From positions 224,001 to 288,000 of the forward strand of contig CAVPOM010000009.1 in assembly GCA_963707025.1 (NCBI GenBank): 64,000 nt of DNA. Reading direction: 5' to 3'. The number at the start of each line of letters is the position of its first letter. Positions within the stretch are counted from its first letter, which is position 1. This document shows, in pieces, positions 30,437-39,722 of the stretch. The position numbers were made by a program, and so were the translations under genes. A model generated the notes under the pieces. It worked only from the letters and a program-made list of their open reading frames with translations. It had not been told where the DNA came from and searched no databases. The stretch comes from an uncultured Verrucomicrobiae bacterium. Lineage in GTDB: Bacteria > Verrucomicrobiota > Verrucomicrobiia > Limisphaerales > Palsa-1400.

Positions 30437-32800
30437 ATGATTGACTGGCTCCAGTCGGGGGATGACGCGCTCTTCCGGTTTATCAATCACACGTTGCGCA
30501 ACGGGGTGTTGGACGCCCTCATGCCGCTGGCCAGCAACACGCCTGGTTTTGTCCCCATCGTCCTGCTCGTGCTCGCGGCGCTGATTTGGAAGGGGGGCGC
30601 GCGCGGGCGCATCTGTGCCGCGATGCTGGTCCTGGGATTGTGCGTGGGCGACTGGGTGGTGGCCGACGCGATCAAACACGGGGTGGCGCGTCTCCGGCCC
30701 TTTAACCGCTTCCCGGACGCCCATGTGCTTGGCGGGATGACCGGCAGTTACAGCATGCCTTCCTCTCATGCCTTGAATTGGTTTGCGGCAACGATCATCG
30801 CGTTCCTTTTTTATCGGAAGAGCATTTATTACATGCTGCCCCTGGCGGTGCTCGTGAGCTTCTCGCGCATTTACAACGGGGTCCATTATCCCAGCGACGT
30901 GCTGGCCGGCGCGGTCATCGGAGCCGGTTGTGGCGCCGCGGTCGTCTGGTCGGCCAACGCCCTCTGGCAATGGGCCGGCCGCCGCTGGTTCCCGCTCTGG
31001 CAGGCCCGGCTTCCTTCGCTCATGCAACCGGTCCCGCGAACTCCCGCCGCCATGGCTCGGTCGTTGACGGCAGGGCAAGACACCGTCGAGCCGGAACTCG
31101 ATTTCTTGGGAAAAAGTCACGGCTCGACAGCGTCTCGCCCTGCCGTCACTTACGCATTGCCTCCCTCCTCCGTTCTCCCTCCCGCCTCCTCGGCTGACCA
31201 ACACTGGCTCAACCTGGGCTATGTCCTGACCGCCCTCCTCCTGCTCCTCCGTCTGGCCTATTTGGCCGGGGGAAGAATCGAGTTGAGCGAGGACGAGGCC
31301 TATCAATGGATTTGGTCCAAACACCTGGCGCTTTCCTATTACAGCAAGCCGCTGCTGATCGCCTGCGTGCAGTTCCTCGGCACCCATCTGTGGGGCGACA
31401 ATGAGTTTGGCGTCCGTTTCTTCTCGCCGGTGATTTCGGCGGGGTTGTCGCTGTTGCTGCTGCGGTTTATGGCGCGGGCAGTCAACGGGCGGACGGCATT
31501 TTTCGTCATGGCCATTCTCAACGTCACGCCGCTCATCGCCCTGGGTTCCATGGTGATGACGATTGATCCGTTGTCGGTCTTGTTTTGGACGGCGGCGATG
31601 GTGGCGGGCTGGGGCGCCGTCCAGCCGGGAGGGACAACCCGGCAATGGCTGTGGGTGGGACTGTGGATGGGCCTGGGTTCGCTGGGCAAATACACCAACC
31701 TGTTCCAGTGGGTCTGCTGGGGTGTCTTTTTCGCGGCCTGGCCGCCGGCGCGGGCGCATCTGCGCCGGCGCGGACCGTGGCTGGCCTTGCTGATCGCGGC
31801 CTTTTGCCTGCTGCCCATCGTGATTTGGAACGCGCAACACGATTGGATCACGATTGAGCATGTGAAGAGCGACGGCCGTTTGGGGCAGCCGTGGGAGCGC
31901 ACTTTCACGGTGGATTTTTTATTGACAGAATCGCTGGTGTTGCATCCGGTCTTTTTCTTGGGCGCGCTCTGGGCGGCGGCGGCGTTTTGGCGGGGGAAAC
32001 CGCGCGCCGCCTTCCCGCTTTTTTTATTCAGCATGGGCGCGCCGCTGTTCTTGCTTTATCTGGCGCTGAGTTTGCACAGCCGCATTGAGCTGAACTGGAT
32101 TGCGCCCTCGGTGGTGCCGCTGTTTTGTCTGATGGCCGTTTATTGGCAGGCGCGATGGGCGGGGGCGCGGCGCGTGCTCAAACCGCTGCTGGGAATCGGC
32201 CTCGGCCTCGGGTTCATGGCGGCGGTGCTGGCGCTGGATGGGAATTTGCTGGCGAAAATTCTGCATCGCGCGCCGCCGCCCGGTTTCGACCCGTTGCGCC
32301 GCGTTCTCGGCTGGAAGGAACTGGCGCAGATGGCCGGCGGGGAGCGGCGCGATTTGGAAAGGCGCACCGGCACACCGGTCTTCATCATCGGCGAGCATTA
32401 CGGGTTTGTCTCGCAGATCACTTTCTATCTGCCGGAGGCCAAAAGCCGGGTGGGCGGCGCGCCGCTGGTCTTCTGCTACGCCAGCCGCGAGCCGCGCAAC
32501 CAATTTTATTTCTGGCCGGATTATCTCGGGCGCACCGGGCAGGACGCCCTCTTCGTGCGCGAAGTGGCCCGCCGCCAATTGCGGCCCGGCTGGCTTTCGG
32601 AATGGTGGCATGGCCGCAACGACCTCTACCTGCCCGACCCTTTGGCCAACGCCGCCTTGCCGCCTGAGTTGCGCGGGCAATTCGAATCCATCACCGATTT
32701 GGGCGTCCGGGAGGTCGTCTATCCCGGCAAAGGCGTGTTGCGCCGCGCCCAATTCTTTGCCTGTCACAACTTGCTTTCCCCGGCCGCTTCGCCAAAATGA
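30437..32800 (+). CDS. PAP2 phosphatase fused to ArnT/PMT_2-like (GT-C) membrane glycosyltransferase
   Basis: PAP2 motifs KHGVARLRP, PSSH, SRIYNGVHYPSD; then DEAYQW..HLALSYYSKP, TIDP, LGKYT. Confidence 0.85.
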   Translation: MIDWLQSGDDALFRFINHTLRNGVLDALMPLASNTPGFVPIVLLVLAALIWKGGARGRICAAMLVLGLCVGDWVVADAIKHGVARLRPFNRFPDAHVLGGMTGSYSMPSSHALNWFAATIIAFLFYRKSIYYMLPLAVLVSFSRIYNGVHYPSDVLAGAVIGAGCGAAVVWSANALWQWAGRRWFPLWQARLPSLMQPVPRTPAAMARSLTAGQDTVEPELDFLGKSHGSTASRPAVTYALPPSSVLPPASSADQHWLNLGYVLTALLLLLRLAYLAGGRIELSEDEAYQWIWSKHLALSYYSKPLLIACVQFLGTHLWGDNEFGVRFFSPVISAGLSLLLLRFMARAVNGRTAFFVMAILNVTPLIALGSMVMTIDPLSVLFWTAAMVAGWGAVQPGGTTRQWLWVGLWMGLGSLGKYTNLFQWVCWGVFFAAWPPARAHLRRRGPWLALLIAAFCLLPIVIWNAQHDWITIEHVKSDGRLGQPWERTFTVDFLLTESLVLHPVFFLGALWAAAAFWRGKPRAAFPLFLFSMGAPLFLLYLALSLHSRIELNWIAPSVVPLFCLMAVYWQARWAGARRVLKPLLGIGLGLGFMAAVLALDGNLLAKILHRAPPPGFDPLRRVLGWKELAQMAGGERRDLERRTGTPVFIIGEHYGFVSQITFYLPEAKSRVGGAPLVFCYASREPRNQFYFWPDYLGRTGQDALFVREVARRQLRPGWLSEWWHGRNDLYLPDPLANAALPPELRGQFESITDLGVREVVYPGKGVLRRAQFFACHNLLSPAASPK

Positions 32801-32812
32801 GCCGCCAACGTT

Positions 32813-33841
32813 ATGAGAATCCAACTGCTGTCAATCTGTTCCTCCGCCATCCTTTGTCTCAGCGCCGCCTCTGGCTGCGGCACCACGCCCGCCATTCCTC
32901 CGGCCGAAATCAAGCCGGGAGAAGTGTGGCCCGATGACCGGGGCCAGCATGTCCAGGCCCACGGCGGGGGCATCCTCAAGCTCGGCCGCACCTATTACTG
33001 GTTTGGCGAGGACCGGGGGCGGTCCAACCAGTTCAACCTGCGCTACGTCAGTTGCTATTCGTCGGAAGATTTGGGGCACTGGAAATTTCGCAACCAGGTT
33101 CTCAAGCTCTCCGACCCGGAGCATTTCGGGCGCACCGTGGTGCTGGAACGGCCCAAGGTTTTTTACAACGCCAAGACCAGGAAATTCGTCATGTACATGC
33201 ACATTGACGGCCCGCTGCCGGGAGGAGGGGGCGGCGGCTACGCCCTGGCCCGCGTCGGCGTGGCGGTGTGCGACACGGTGGATGGCGACTACCAATATCT
33301 CAAGAGCTTCCGCCCGCTGGATCACGAAAGCCGCGACATCGGCCAGTTTGTGGACGACGACGGGACGGCCTATTTGATTTTCGAGGACCGGCCCAATGGC
33401 TTTCACATCGCCAAACTTTCCGATGATTACTTGACAGTGGAAAAGGACGTGTGCCTGATTCCCATGCACATGGAAGGGGGCGCGCTGGTGCATTACCAGG
33501 GACTTTACTACGCCATCGGCTCGGCCCTGACCGGCTGGAACGCCAACCCCAACAAATACGCCACCGCCAAATCGCTGCAAGGCCCGTGGTCCGAGTTCAA
33601 GGACATCGCCCCGCCCGCCGCCAGAACCTACGGCGCCCAATCCACCATGATGCTCAAGGTCGTGGGCACAAAAACAACGACGGTGATTTACATGGGCGAC
33701 ATCTGGAAGCCGCGCACGCAATGGGATTCGCGCTACCTGTGGATGCCGGTGGAAATTGGCGGCGGCAAGCTCTGGCTGCCCGAACCCAAGCCCTGGACGC
33801 TGAACATCCGGACCGGCGAGGCGGTGATTGAAAAGCCGTGA
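32813..33841 (+). CDS. Family 43 glycoside hydrolase (secreted/lipoprotein)
   Basis: QAHGGG, VLERPKV, ESRDIGQFVDDDG, AQST motifs. Confidence 0.85.
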   Translation: MRIQLLSICSSAILCLSAASGCGTTPAIPPAEIKPGEVWPDDRGQHVQAHGGGILKLGRTYYWFGEDRGRSNQFNLRYVSCYSSEDLGHWKFRNQVLKLSDPEHFGRTVVLERPKVFYNAKTRKFVMYMHIDGPLPGGGGGGYALARVGVAVCDTVDGDYQYLKSFRPLDHESRDIGQFVDDDGTAYLIFEDRPNGFHIAKLSDDYLTVEKDVCLIPMHMEGGALVHYQGLYYAIGSALTGWNANPNKYATAKSLQGPWSEFKDIAPPAARTYGAQSTMMLKVVGTKTTTVIYMGDIWKPRTQWDSRYLWMPVEIGGGKLWLPEPKPWTLNIRTGEAVIEKP

Positions 33842-33932
33842 GCGCATCCGGCGGCAACCCGCCACGACTCAAAAACGGCACGCGTCCCGATCACCATCGG
33901 ATTGGCTCGACCGATCTTTTCAACCCTCGTCC

Positions 33933-34277
33933 TCATCTGAGAAAATCCATGCCGAGTGCCACCGCGCCGAACAAAGCCAGGATTGGTCCCCACCACATCA
34001 TCGGAATATAAAAAAATGAATGAGAATACCGCAAGACAACCTTTTCGCCGGTCTTCGGGTCTATCAGGAGACGAGCCTTTCTGGAGTCGAAATAGCGGCC
34101 GACAAACCAGCAAGCCGAAGCGGAAACGAATAGAGAAATTGCGAGCGGCCACTTGTGGCTGTTCCAATAGGCCCCGCTGCCAGTGATGGAATCGGAGAGG
34201 AAATTGGCGGCGAGCGAAAAACCAAACGCGAAGACCGCGACGAGAAAACCCTTACCATGCCAAACAATGTGGATCAT
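33933..34277 (-). CDS. Small membrane protein of unknown function
   Basis: Three hydrophobic segments; IDPKTGEKVVL..HSFFYIPM.WW. Confidence 0.7.
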   Translation of the reverse strand: MIHIVWHGKGFLVAVFAFGFSLAANFLSDSITGSGAYWNSHKWPLAISLFVSASACWFVGRYFDSRKARLLIDPKTGEKVVLRYSHSFFYIPMMWWGPILALFGAVALGMDFLR

Positions 34278-34425
34278 AATCGTGTTGCTTGCGCCGCGGA
34301 GCCTTTAGTGGCATGGGGGTTTTCCCCGCCAATCAGCCCCACGCCTTGCCTCCCGCTTTTTCCGTCGTCCAGCCTCGTTTTGGCGGCGCCTCTTTGTGAA
34401 AAACATTCCGCCAACCGGATGGCCA

Positions 34426-35205
34426 TCACGACGTTGGTTTCTTAAGGAACGGGGTGATGAAGTCTATGGGCACGGGGAAGATGGTGGTGGTGTTGCGGTC
34501 GCCAGAGATTTCGTTGATGGTCTGGAGGTAGCGCAGTTGCAGGGCGATGGGCTGTTTGGCAATCATTTCGGCGGCCTGGCAGAGTTTTTCGGCGGCCTGG
34601 AATTCGCCTTCGGCGTTGATGACTTTGGCGCGGCGCTCGCGCTCGGTTTCGGCCTGGCGGGCCATGGCGCGTTTCATGGTGTCGGGCAGGACCACGTCGC
34701 GCACTTCCACGGCGGTGACTTTGACGCCCCACGGGCTGGTGTGGCGGTCAATGATTTCCTGGAGGGTGGCGTTGATCTTGTCCCGCTTGGCCAGCAACTC
34801 GTCCAGCTCGCTTTGGCCCAGGACGCTGCGCAGGGTGGTTTGGGCGATGAGCGAGGTGGCCTGGAGATAGTTCTCCACCTTGACCACCGCGGCCTCCGAG
34901 TCCATGATCATGAAATAAATCACCGCGTCCACCGTGACCGGCACATTGTCGCGCGTCATCACCTCCTGTTTGGCCACGTTGATGGTGATGACGCGCAAAT
35001 CCATCCGCACCATCTTGTCCACCAGCGGGATGAGCAAAACCAGCCCCGGCCCCTTGGCCCCGATGAGTTTGCCGAGCCGGAAAATAACGCCGCGCTCGTA
35101 CTCGCGCAGAATGCGCACGGCGTTGGGCAGGATGAAGATGGCGAGAATGACCACCGGCACGAGCCAGCTCAACAGGTTTGTGGGAATTTGGAATGAAGTG
35201 TCCAT
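34426..35205 (-). CDS. SPFH/stomatin (slipin) family protein
   Basis: EYERGVIFRLG, TRDNV, AQTTLRSVLG, QAETERERRAK, LQLRYLQT. Confidence 0.95.
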   Translation of the reverse strand: MDTSFQIPTNLLSWLVPVVILAIFILPNAVRILREYERGVIFRLGKLIGAKGPGLVLLIPLVDKMVRMDLRVITINVAKQEVMTRDNVPVTVDAVIYFMIMDSEAAVVKVENYLQATSLIAQTTLRSVLGQSELDELLAKRDKINATLQEIIDRHTSPWGVKVTAVEVRDVVLPDTMKRAMARQAETERERRAKVINAEGEFQAAEKLCQAAEMIAKQPIALQLRYLQTINEISGDRNTTTIFPVPIDFITPFLKKPTS

Positions 35206-35218
35206 AGCAGTTTATGTT

Positions 35219-36514
35219 TTAGGATTTAGGTTTGACATTCAAGGTGAGTCCGTTGCGTCCGACAATTTCCGCCCGCTCTCCCTGGGCGATGGGCGTCGGG
35301 CTGACCGCCCTCCATAAGGCGCCGTCCACGAAGACCTGCCCGCCGTGCTGATCAATCGCGGTCAAGGCCGCCATGGTCTGGCCGATCAGGGTTTCAGGCC
35401 CGGATTTAACGGGCAGGCCTTGGGCGCGCAAGCCCGCGCCAGCGACGAAGAGAAGAAACAGCCCGGTCAGGATGGTGGCCGGGACGATCAGCCCCAGCGA
35501 CAAGGAAAAAGCCGAGCCGCGATCAAACAGCATGAGCGAGCCAATAAAGAACGCCGCCAGGCCGCCCACCGTGAGCACGCCGTGGGTGGGGGCATAAACA
35601 TCGGTGATGAACAACCCCATCGCCACCAGGATCAGGACGACGCCGGCCACGTTGATCGGCAGCACGGCGGACATATAGAGGAAGAGCACCAGCGCGATGG
35701 CCGCGGCGATGCCGGGGAAAATCGCTCCCGGATGGCTCAGTTCGGCGATGATGCCATACATGGCGATGAGCATGAGCACGAACATGACTTCCTGGCTCCA
35801 GAGCAACTGAAAAACTTTTTCCCGCGCCGACATGGGCATTTCCACCACGCGCGCGCCCGCGGTGCGCAATATCTTTCCTGCCGCTTCGCGCCCGTCGAGT
35901 TGTTGGAGCAAGTCGGGAAGATCCGACGCGATGAGATCAATGACCTTGAGTTCCAGCGCGGCGGTGGCGTTGGTGCAGGCGCTTTGGCTGACGGCGCTTT
36001 CGGCCCACTCGATATTGCGGTGGCGCTTGCTGGCGACGTTGTTGATGAAACTGGAGCCGAAATTCTCCAGTTTCTCGCGCATGACGCCGTTGGTGGGTTC
36101 GTTCTCCCCCGCCCCGCCGGTCAGGGAAACCGGATGGGCGGCGCCGATGCTGGTGTCCGGGGCCATGGCCGCGATGTCCGCCGCCATGGTGATGAACGTG
36201 CCCGCGCTGGCCGCGCAAGCGCCGGAAGGGGCGACATAGACCACGGTGGGGACAACATCCAGGAACAATTTCTCGACGATCCGGTGGGTGGATTCGAGCA
36301 GGCCACCCGGGGTGTCCAGTTGGATGATGAGGCATTGATCGTGGTCGGCGGCGGCCTGGTCAATGGCGCGCGCAATATAAGTGGCCGTGGCCGGCCCGAT
36401 CGCCCCGTCTATTCTGATCAGGCCAACCTGTTCCGCCCCGAGCAGCGCGGGCGCGGCCAGCGCCAGGGCCGCCACCGCCGCCGCCCGGCGCCTGCAACAG
36501 ATTTTCAGTGACAT
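35219..36514 (-). CDS. nfeD: NfeD membrane-bound ClpP-class serine protease
   Basis: LDTPGG, AASAG, IGAAHPV; TM block; C-terminal OB fold; adjacent to stomatin. Confidence 0.92.
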   Translation of the reverse strand: MSLKICCRRRAAAVAALALAAPALLGAEQVGLIRIDGAIGPATATYIARAIDQAAADHDQCLIIQLDTPGGLLESTHRIVEKLFLDVVPTVVYVAPSGACAASAGTFITMAADIAAMAPDTSIGAAHPVSLTGGAGENEPTNGVMREKLENFGSSFINNVASKRHRNIEWAESAVSQSACTNATAALELKVIDLIASDLPDLLQQLDGREAAGKILRTAGARVVEMPMSAREKVFQLLWSQEVMFVLMLIAMYGIIAELSHPGAIFPGIAAAIALVLFLYMSAVLPINVAGVVLILVAMGLFITDVYAPTHGVLTVGGLAAFFIGSLMLFDRGSAFSLSLGLIVPATILTGLFLLFVAGAGLRAQGLPVKSGPETLIGQTMAALTAIDQHGGQVFVDGALWRAVSPTPIAQGERAEIVGRNGLTLNVKPKS

Positions 36515-36635
36515 AATCCGTTGTCCGTTTGGGACCGGAGAAAGATACCACGCTGCGCCGTCTTGGGGAATAAAATAAATCCCTTAAAAAATTGTCCGGT
36601 CTTGGCTCCCGGCGGGTCTATAATAGGGAAAGCAG

Positions 36636-38030
36636 ATGACGGAGAGCCAAACATTGCTCGCGGATTATGCCGGGAACGGCTCGGAATCCGCCTTTCGCGA
36701 ACTTGTCGCGCGCTACATTGATTTCGTCTATTCGGCGGCGGCGCGGTTGGTGGACGGCGCGCCCCACCTGGCGGATGATGTCACGCAAATTGTCTTTGCC
36801 GATTTGGCGCGGCGGGCCTCTCTTGGGCGCGAGGTGATGCTAGGCGGCTGGCTGCACCGGCATACTTGTTTCGTGGCGGCCAACCTCATGCGAGGCGAGC
36901 GCCGCCGTCAATCCCGTGAAAGGCAGGCTGCTGAAATGAACGCCATTGAAGATCACTCCGCCGCCAACCTGGCCCAAATTGCGCCCATCCTGGACGAAGC
37001 GATCAACGGCCTCGGCGCCGCCGACCGCACCGCCGTCCTGCTGCGGTTCTTCGAGCAGCGCGACTTGCGCGCCATCGGGCAGGCCATGGGAGGCAACGAA
37101 GAGGCCGCGCGGAAGCGGGTGGCGCGCGCGCTGGAAAAATTGCACGCCATCCTGAAACGCCGCGGCGTGACTTATGCCGCGGCGGCCCTGGCAACGGCCC
37201 TGGCGGCCCGGACGGTCACGGCCGCGCCGGCCGGGCTGGCGGCCTCGGTTGCCGGATCGGCGCTGGCGGCGGCGGCGGCAGGGGGCGGGAGCGCTTTAAC
37301 CCTCATTAAAATTATGGCCATGACCAAATTTAAAATTGGAATCGTCAGCGGCATGGTCGCCGCCAGCCTGGTGACGACCCTGGTGATTCAACAGCAGGCA
37401 CAGGCCAGGCTGCGGAAGGACGATGAAACGGTGCAACAACAGGCCAATCAAATCGCCCAACTCCGGGCCGATAACGAGCGCCTTTCCCGGCCAGCCGCCC
37501 GATCCGGCAACCTGAACACACCCGATGAACTGGCGCGGCTTCGCGCCGAAGCAGCAGCGCTGCGACCACAAACCAATGATCTGGCCGCGCTGAGGGAAGA
37601 AAACCGCCAGCGCCAAAAAACACCGGCGGCGGATGCCGAACCAAAATCGTCTTTGCGATTGAAAGCGGAAGCCATCACAAAATTGAGTTACTCCAAGAAT
37701 TTGATCCTCGCCTTTTTCTTATATGCGGCCAAAAACCAAAGCCAGTTTCCGACCAGTTTTGAGCAAGCGGCTTCTTTTTTAGGTCCCGAGGCCACGAACC
37801 AGAGCACTGTCACCTCCGACCAGTTTGAAATTGTTTACCAGGGACCGATGAACGCGGTGACGAATCCGGGCAACGTGATCGTGCTCCGTGAAAAGCAGGC
37901 CTGGCAGAGCAATGGGAAGTGGTCGCGGATTTACGCTTTTGCAGACGGCCACTGCGAGATTCATGCCAGTCCCGACGGCAATTTTGACGAGTGGGAAAGC
38001 CAGCACCTTGCCACACCCTCCGGCCAATGA
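36636..38030 (+). CDS. ECF sigma factor with TM helix and extracytoplasmic C-terminal extension
   Basis: SESAFRELVARY, DDVTQIVF, GWL, region 4 (DRTAVLLRFFE..EEAARKRV.RALEKL); Ala-rich linker, TM, coiled coil, ...AFADGH. Confidence 0.88.
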   Translation: MTESQTLLADYAGNGSESAFRELVARYIDFVYSAAARLVDGAPHLADDVTQIVFADLARRASLGREVMLGGWLHRHTCFVAANLMRGERRRQSRERQAAEMNAIEDHSAANLAQIAPILDEAINGLGAADRTAVLLRFFEQRDLRAIGQAMGGNEEAARKRVARALEKLHAILKRRGVTYAAAALATALAARTVTAAPAGLAASVAGSALAAAAAGGGSALTLIKIMAMTKFKIGIVSGMVAASLVTTLVIQQQAQARLRKDDETVQQQANQIAQLRADNERLSRPAARSGNLNTPDELARLRAEAAALRPQTNDLAALREENRQRQKTPAADAEPKSSLRLKAEAITKLSYSKNLILAFFLYAAKNQSQFPTSFEQAASFLGPEATNQSTVTSDQFEIVYQGPMNAVTNPGNVIVLREKQAWQSNGKWSRIYAFADGHCEIHASPDGNFDEWESQHLATPSGQ

Positions 38031-38764
38031 TCCCCAAGGCGCTCATCTTTTCCATCGTTCTTGCCGTGGCCGCCCTCTGCATCGCGGCACCCTTTTGGGT
38101 TCGGCATGGCGCGCGAGTCCAATTGAACGCGGCGGAAAACACCCTGCGCGAGCAGGCCGCGAACATCGCCCGCCTTAGTGTTGACAAATCACCCCCATTC
38201 CAAAACCCCGCTCCATCCCTCTCCACCGATCAACTCAAGGAACTCTTGCGGTTGCGGGATGAAGTGGGCCGTCTGCGCGACAGCGTGGCGGAAGCGAAGA
38301 ACCTGCGCGCCGCGTTGCAAAACGCCGGCCCGACCACGCCGGCGGAAGCCCCTTGCGGTCCCTATTATTGGCCCGTGGATCAATTGGCCAACGCCGGCCG
38401 CGCCACTCCGGAGTCAACTTTAAAAACTTGGCTTTGGGCTTTAAAAAGCGGCGACCTGAAGACCGTAATCTCATGCATGGGGCCCGAGATGCGGGCCGCG
38501 ATCGAGGATGAGGAACGGAATGACGCCAACTCGGCGCAGGACCTTGAAAAGAAGTTCAAGGAAAAGGAGGCTGAAATGTTCTCGCAAACCTCCGGGTTCC
38601 GCCTGGTGGACGAAAAGGCGGATTCCCCCGATGAAATGACCATCCTCCTGTCCTACGAGGGGCAAGGCGTGGCCCAGAAATTCCACTTAAAAAAAGCCGG
38701 ACCCGATTGGACGGTCCTTGATCCTGGCCAGCCGGAGATATACGAGGCGGGCCGGCACCTGTGA
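38027..38764 (+). CDS. Membrane-anchored protein resembling an ECF C-terminal extension
   Basis: ATGA overlap; N-terminal TM; ELLRLRDEVGRLR resembles ELARLRAEAAALR of the upstream sigma. Confidence 0.72.
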   Translation: MIPKALIFSIVLAVAALCIAAPFWVRHGARVQLNAAENTLREQAANIARLSVDKSPPFQNPAPSLSTDQLKELLRLRDEVGRLRDSVAEAKNLRAALQNAGPTTPAEAPCGPYYWPVDQLANAGRATPESTLKTWLWALKSGDLKTVISCMGPEMRAAIEDEERNDANSAQDLEKKFKEKEAEMFSQTSGFRLVDEKADSPDEMTILLSYEGQGVAQKFHLKKAGPDWTVLDPGQPEIYEAGRHL

Positions 38765-38843
38765 AGCCGCCCGGCTGGACCCGCACGGCGATGCCGAATG
38801 GAGGATGGAACGGGCCGAAGAGAAGTCAGAGCTGGCTTCCCTC

Positions 38844-39527
38844 TCATTCCGGCAGAAAGCGGTAGCCCACCCCGCGCACCGTGTCCAGATATTTGGCGGC
38901 CACGCCCAGCTTTTCGCGCAGGCGGCGCATGTGGGTGTCCACCGTGCGCGTGTCAATGTGGGTCTCGTATTCCCAAACGTCGCGGAGCAATTGCTCGCGG
39001 GACTGGACATGGCCGATGCGCTGGACCAGCACGGCCAGGAGTTTGAATTCGGTGGCGGTGAGTTCGATGCGCCTGGCTTTGACCGTCACGACATGCCGGG
39101 AGACGTCCAACTGGAGTGGGCCGAAGGAGAAGGCGTTGCGCGGGGCGGCCAGAGCCTGGCGCTCCTCCAGCCGCTTCTTGACACGCAGCACCAATTCGCG
39201 CGGGCTGAAGGGCTTGGGCACGTAATCGGTCGCGCCCAGTTCCAGGCCGACGATGCGGTCAATTTCCCCGGCGCGGGCGGTCAGCATGATGATGGGGATG
39301 CCGTTGGTTTTTGGGTCGCGCCGCAGCAGTTTGCAGACTTCCAACCCGTCCATTTCGGGCAGCATCAAATCCAGCAAAATCAAATCGGGGGAGGCGGAGC
39401 GGGCCTTGCGCAAGGCATCCGCGCCGTCCACCGCCGTCTCCACCAGGAAGCCGGCCTGGCCCAGGTTGTAACTGACCAGATCCAGGACATCCGGCTCGTC
39501 ATCCACCACCAGCACTTTGGCTTTCAC
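38844..39527 (-). CDS. OmpR/PhoB-family response regulator (PhoB-like)
   Basis: LVVDDE, LLDLMLP, KPFSPREL, LTATEFKLL, TRTVDTHMRRLREKL, TVRGVGY. Confidence 0.93.
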   Translation of the reverse strand: MKAKVLVVDDEPDVLDLVSYNLGQAGFLVETAVDGADALRKARSASPDLILLDLMLPEMDGLEVCKLLRRDPKTNGIPIIMLTARAGEIDRIVGLELGATDYVPKPFSPRELVLRVKKRLEERQALAAPRNAFSFGPLQLDVSRHVVTVKARRIELTATEFKLLAVLVQRIGHVQSREQLLRDVWEYETHIDTRTVDTHMRRLREKLGVAAKYLDTVRGVGYRFLPE

Positions 39528-39573
39528 TCCCCCATCATCCCTTAAAAGTCATGTCGCGCACAACGGCGGCCCG

Positions 39574-39592
39574 GTGACAAATCGGTTACAAA
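39574..39592 (-). promoter_or_regulatory. Pho-box-like direct repeat
   Basis: Minus strand TTTGTAAC-CGA-TTTGTCAC, 11-bp period, ~50 bp upstream of the regulator. Confidence 0.6.
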
Positions 39593-39722
39593 CGTGTGGC
39601 TTTGCCGGGCGCGATTCTCTGTTTTGCCATTGCCCGCTCCTGGAGGAGGACGTAACTTCGGGGCCATCCGCACATCTATGATTGACGGGCGAAAAGAGCG
39701 AAGGCCCGCCGTGCGGAATTCT

